From Octopus vulgaris (Eukaryota): a stretch of DNA of 64,000 nt. The notes below the pieces were generated by a model, which saw only the letters and a program-made list of their open reading frames with translations, was not told the origin of the DNA and did no database searches. The stretch covers positions 48,050,001 through 48,114,000 of the forward strand of contig OX597823.1 of assembly GCA_951406725.2 (NCBI GenBank), given 5' to 3'. Positions 63,585 through 64,000 of this stretch are shown piece after piece; the stretch's first letter is position 1, and every line of letters begins with the position of its first letter. The translations under genes and the position numbers were made by a program.

Positions 63585-63795
63585 GTCCTTTCTGCTATAG
63601 ACACAAGTGGTGGTGGTGGTGGAGATAATCGATTACATCAACTCTCGTGCATTACTAGTACTTAATTTATCAACCTTGAAAAGATGAAAAGTGCAGTTGA
63701 CCCCAGCAGCATTTGAACTCAGAATGTGAAGACCAATGAAATATTGCTAAGCATTTCACCCAGCATGCTGACAACTCTGCCAGCTCATTGCCTTA
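63585..63795 (-). mobile_element. SINE family D
   Basis: AGTACTTAATTTATCAAC...TTTGAACTCAGAATG...CTCTGCCAGCTC. Confidence 0.75.
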
Positions 63796-64000
63796 ATAAT
63801 AATAATAATAATTTATTTTGGTACAAGGTCAGCAATTTTAAAGGGATCTTATCAGCACCAGAGAGACAAAAGCCAAGGTTGAATTCAGAACATAAAATGA
63901 TGGGACAAATATTTGCATGGCATTATAATACCTGACCCTTTCGTGATTTTGGCAATCCACTTCCCTCTATAATCATTTCTGTAATGCCTAATATTTTGAG

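Overview
AT-rich, repeat-dominated eukaryotic DNA. The SINE/LINE repertoire and (TA)n/(TG)n/(GAT)n density are most consistent with an octopus (coleoid cephalopod) genome; this is recognition from memory, not a database search. I could not identify any intact host protein-coding exon: the long ORFs are microsatellite translations or decayed transposon ORFs. The window holds at least four tRNA-derived SINE families, RTE, CR1 and Penelope-like retroelement fragments, a Gypsy integrase remnant, mariner/Tc1 and hAT transposase remnants, and piggyBac-type TTAA MITEs. A repeat-poor, CpG-richer island at ~18.2-19.4 kb carries adjacent ETS (CCGGAAGT) and ZNF143/Staf (TACCCACAATGCA) motifs and looks like a possibly bidirectional promoter, so most of the window is probably intronic or 5'-UTR. 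The most interesting signals are: (i) type-I hammerhead ribozyme folds in Penelope-like termini, one inside a long fold-back palindrome; (ii) recurrent fold-back palindromes beside (TA)n arrays; (iii) one SINE head joined to three different bodies; (iv) two SINE copies interrupted by copies of sequence found 1-3 kb upstream. Family labels A-H are my own, and most boundaries are approximate.
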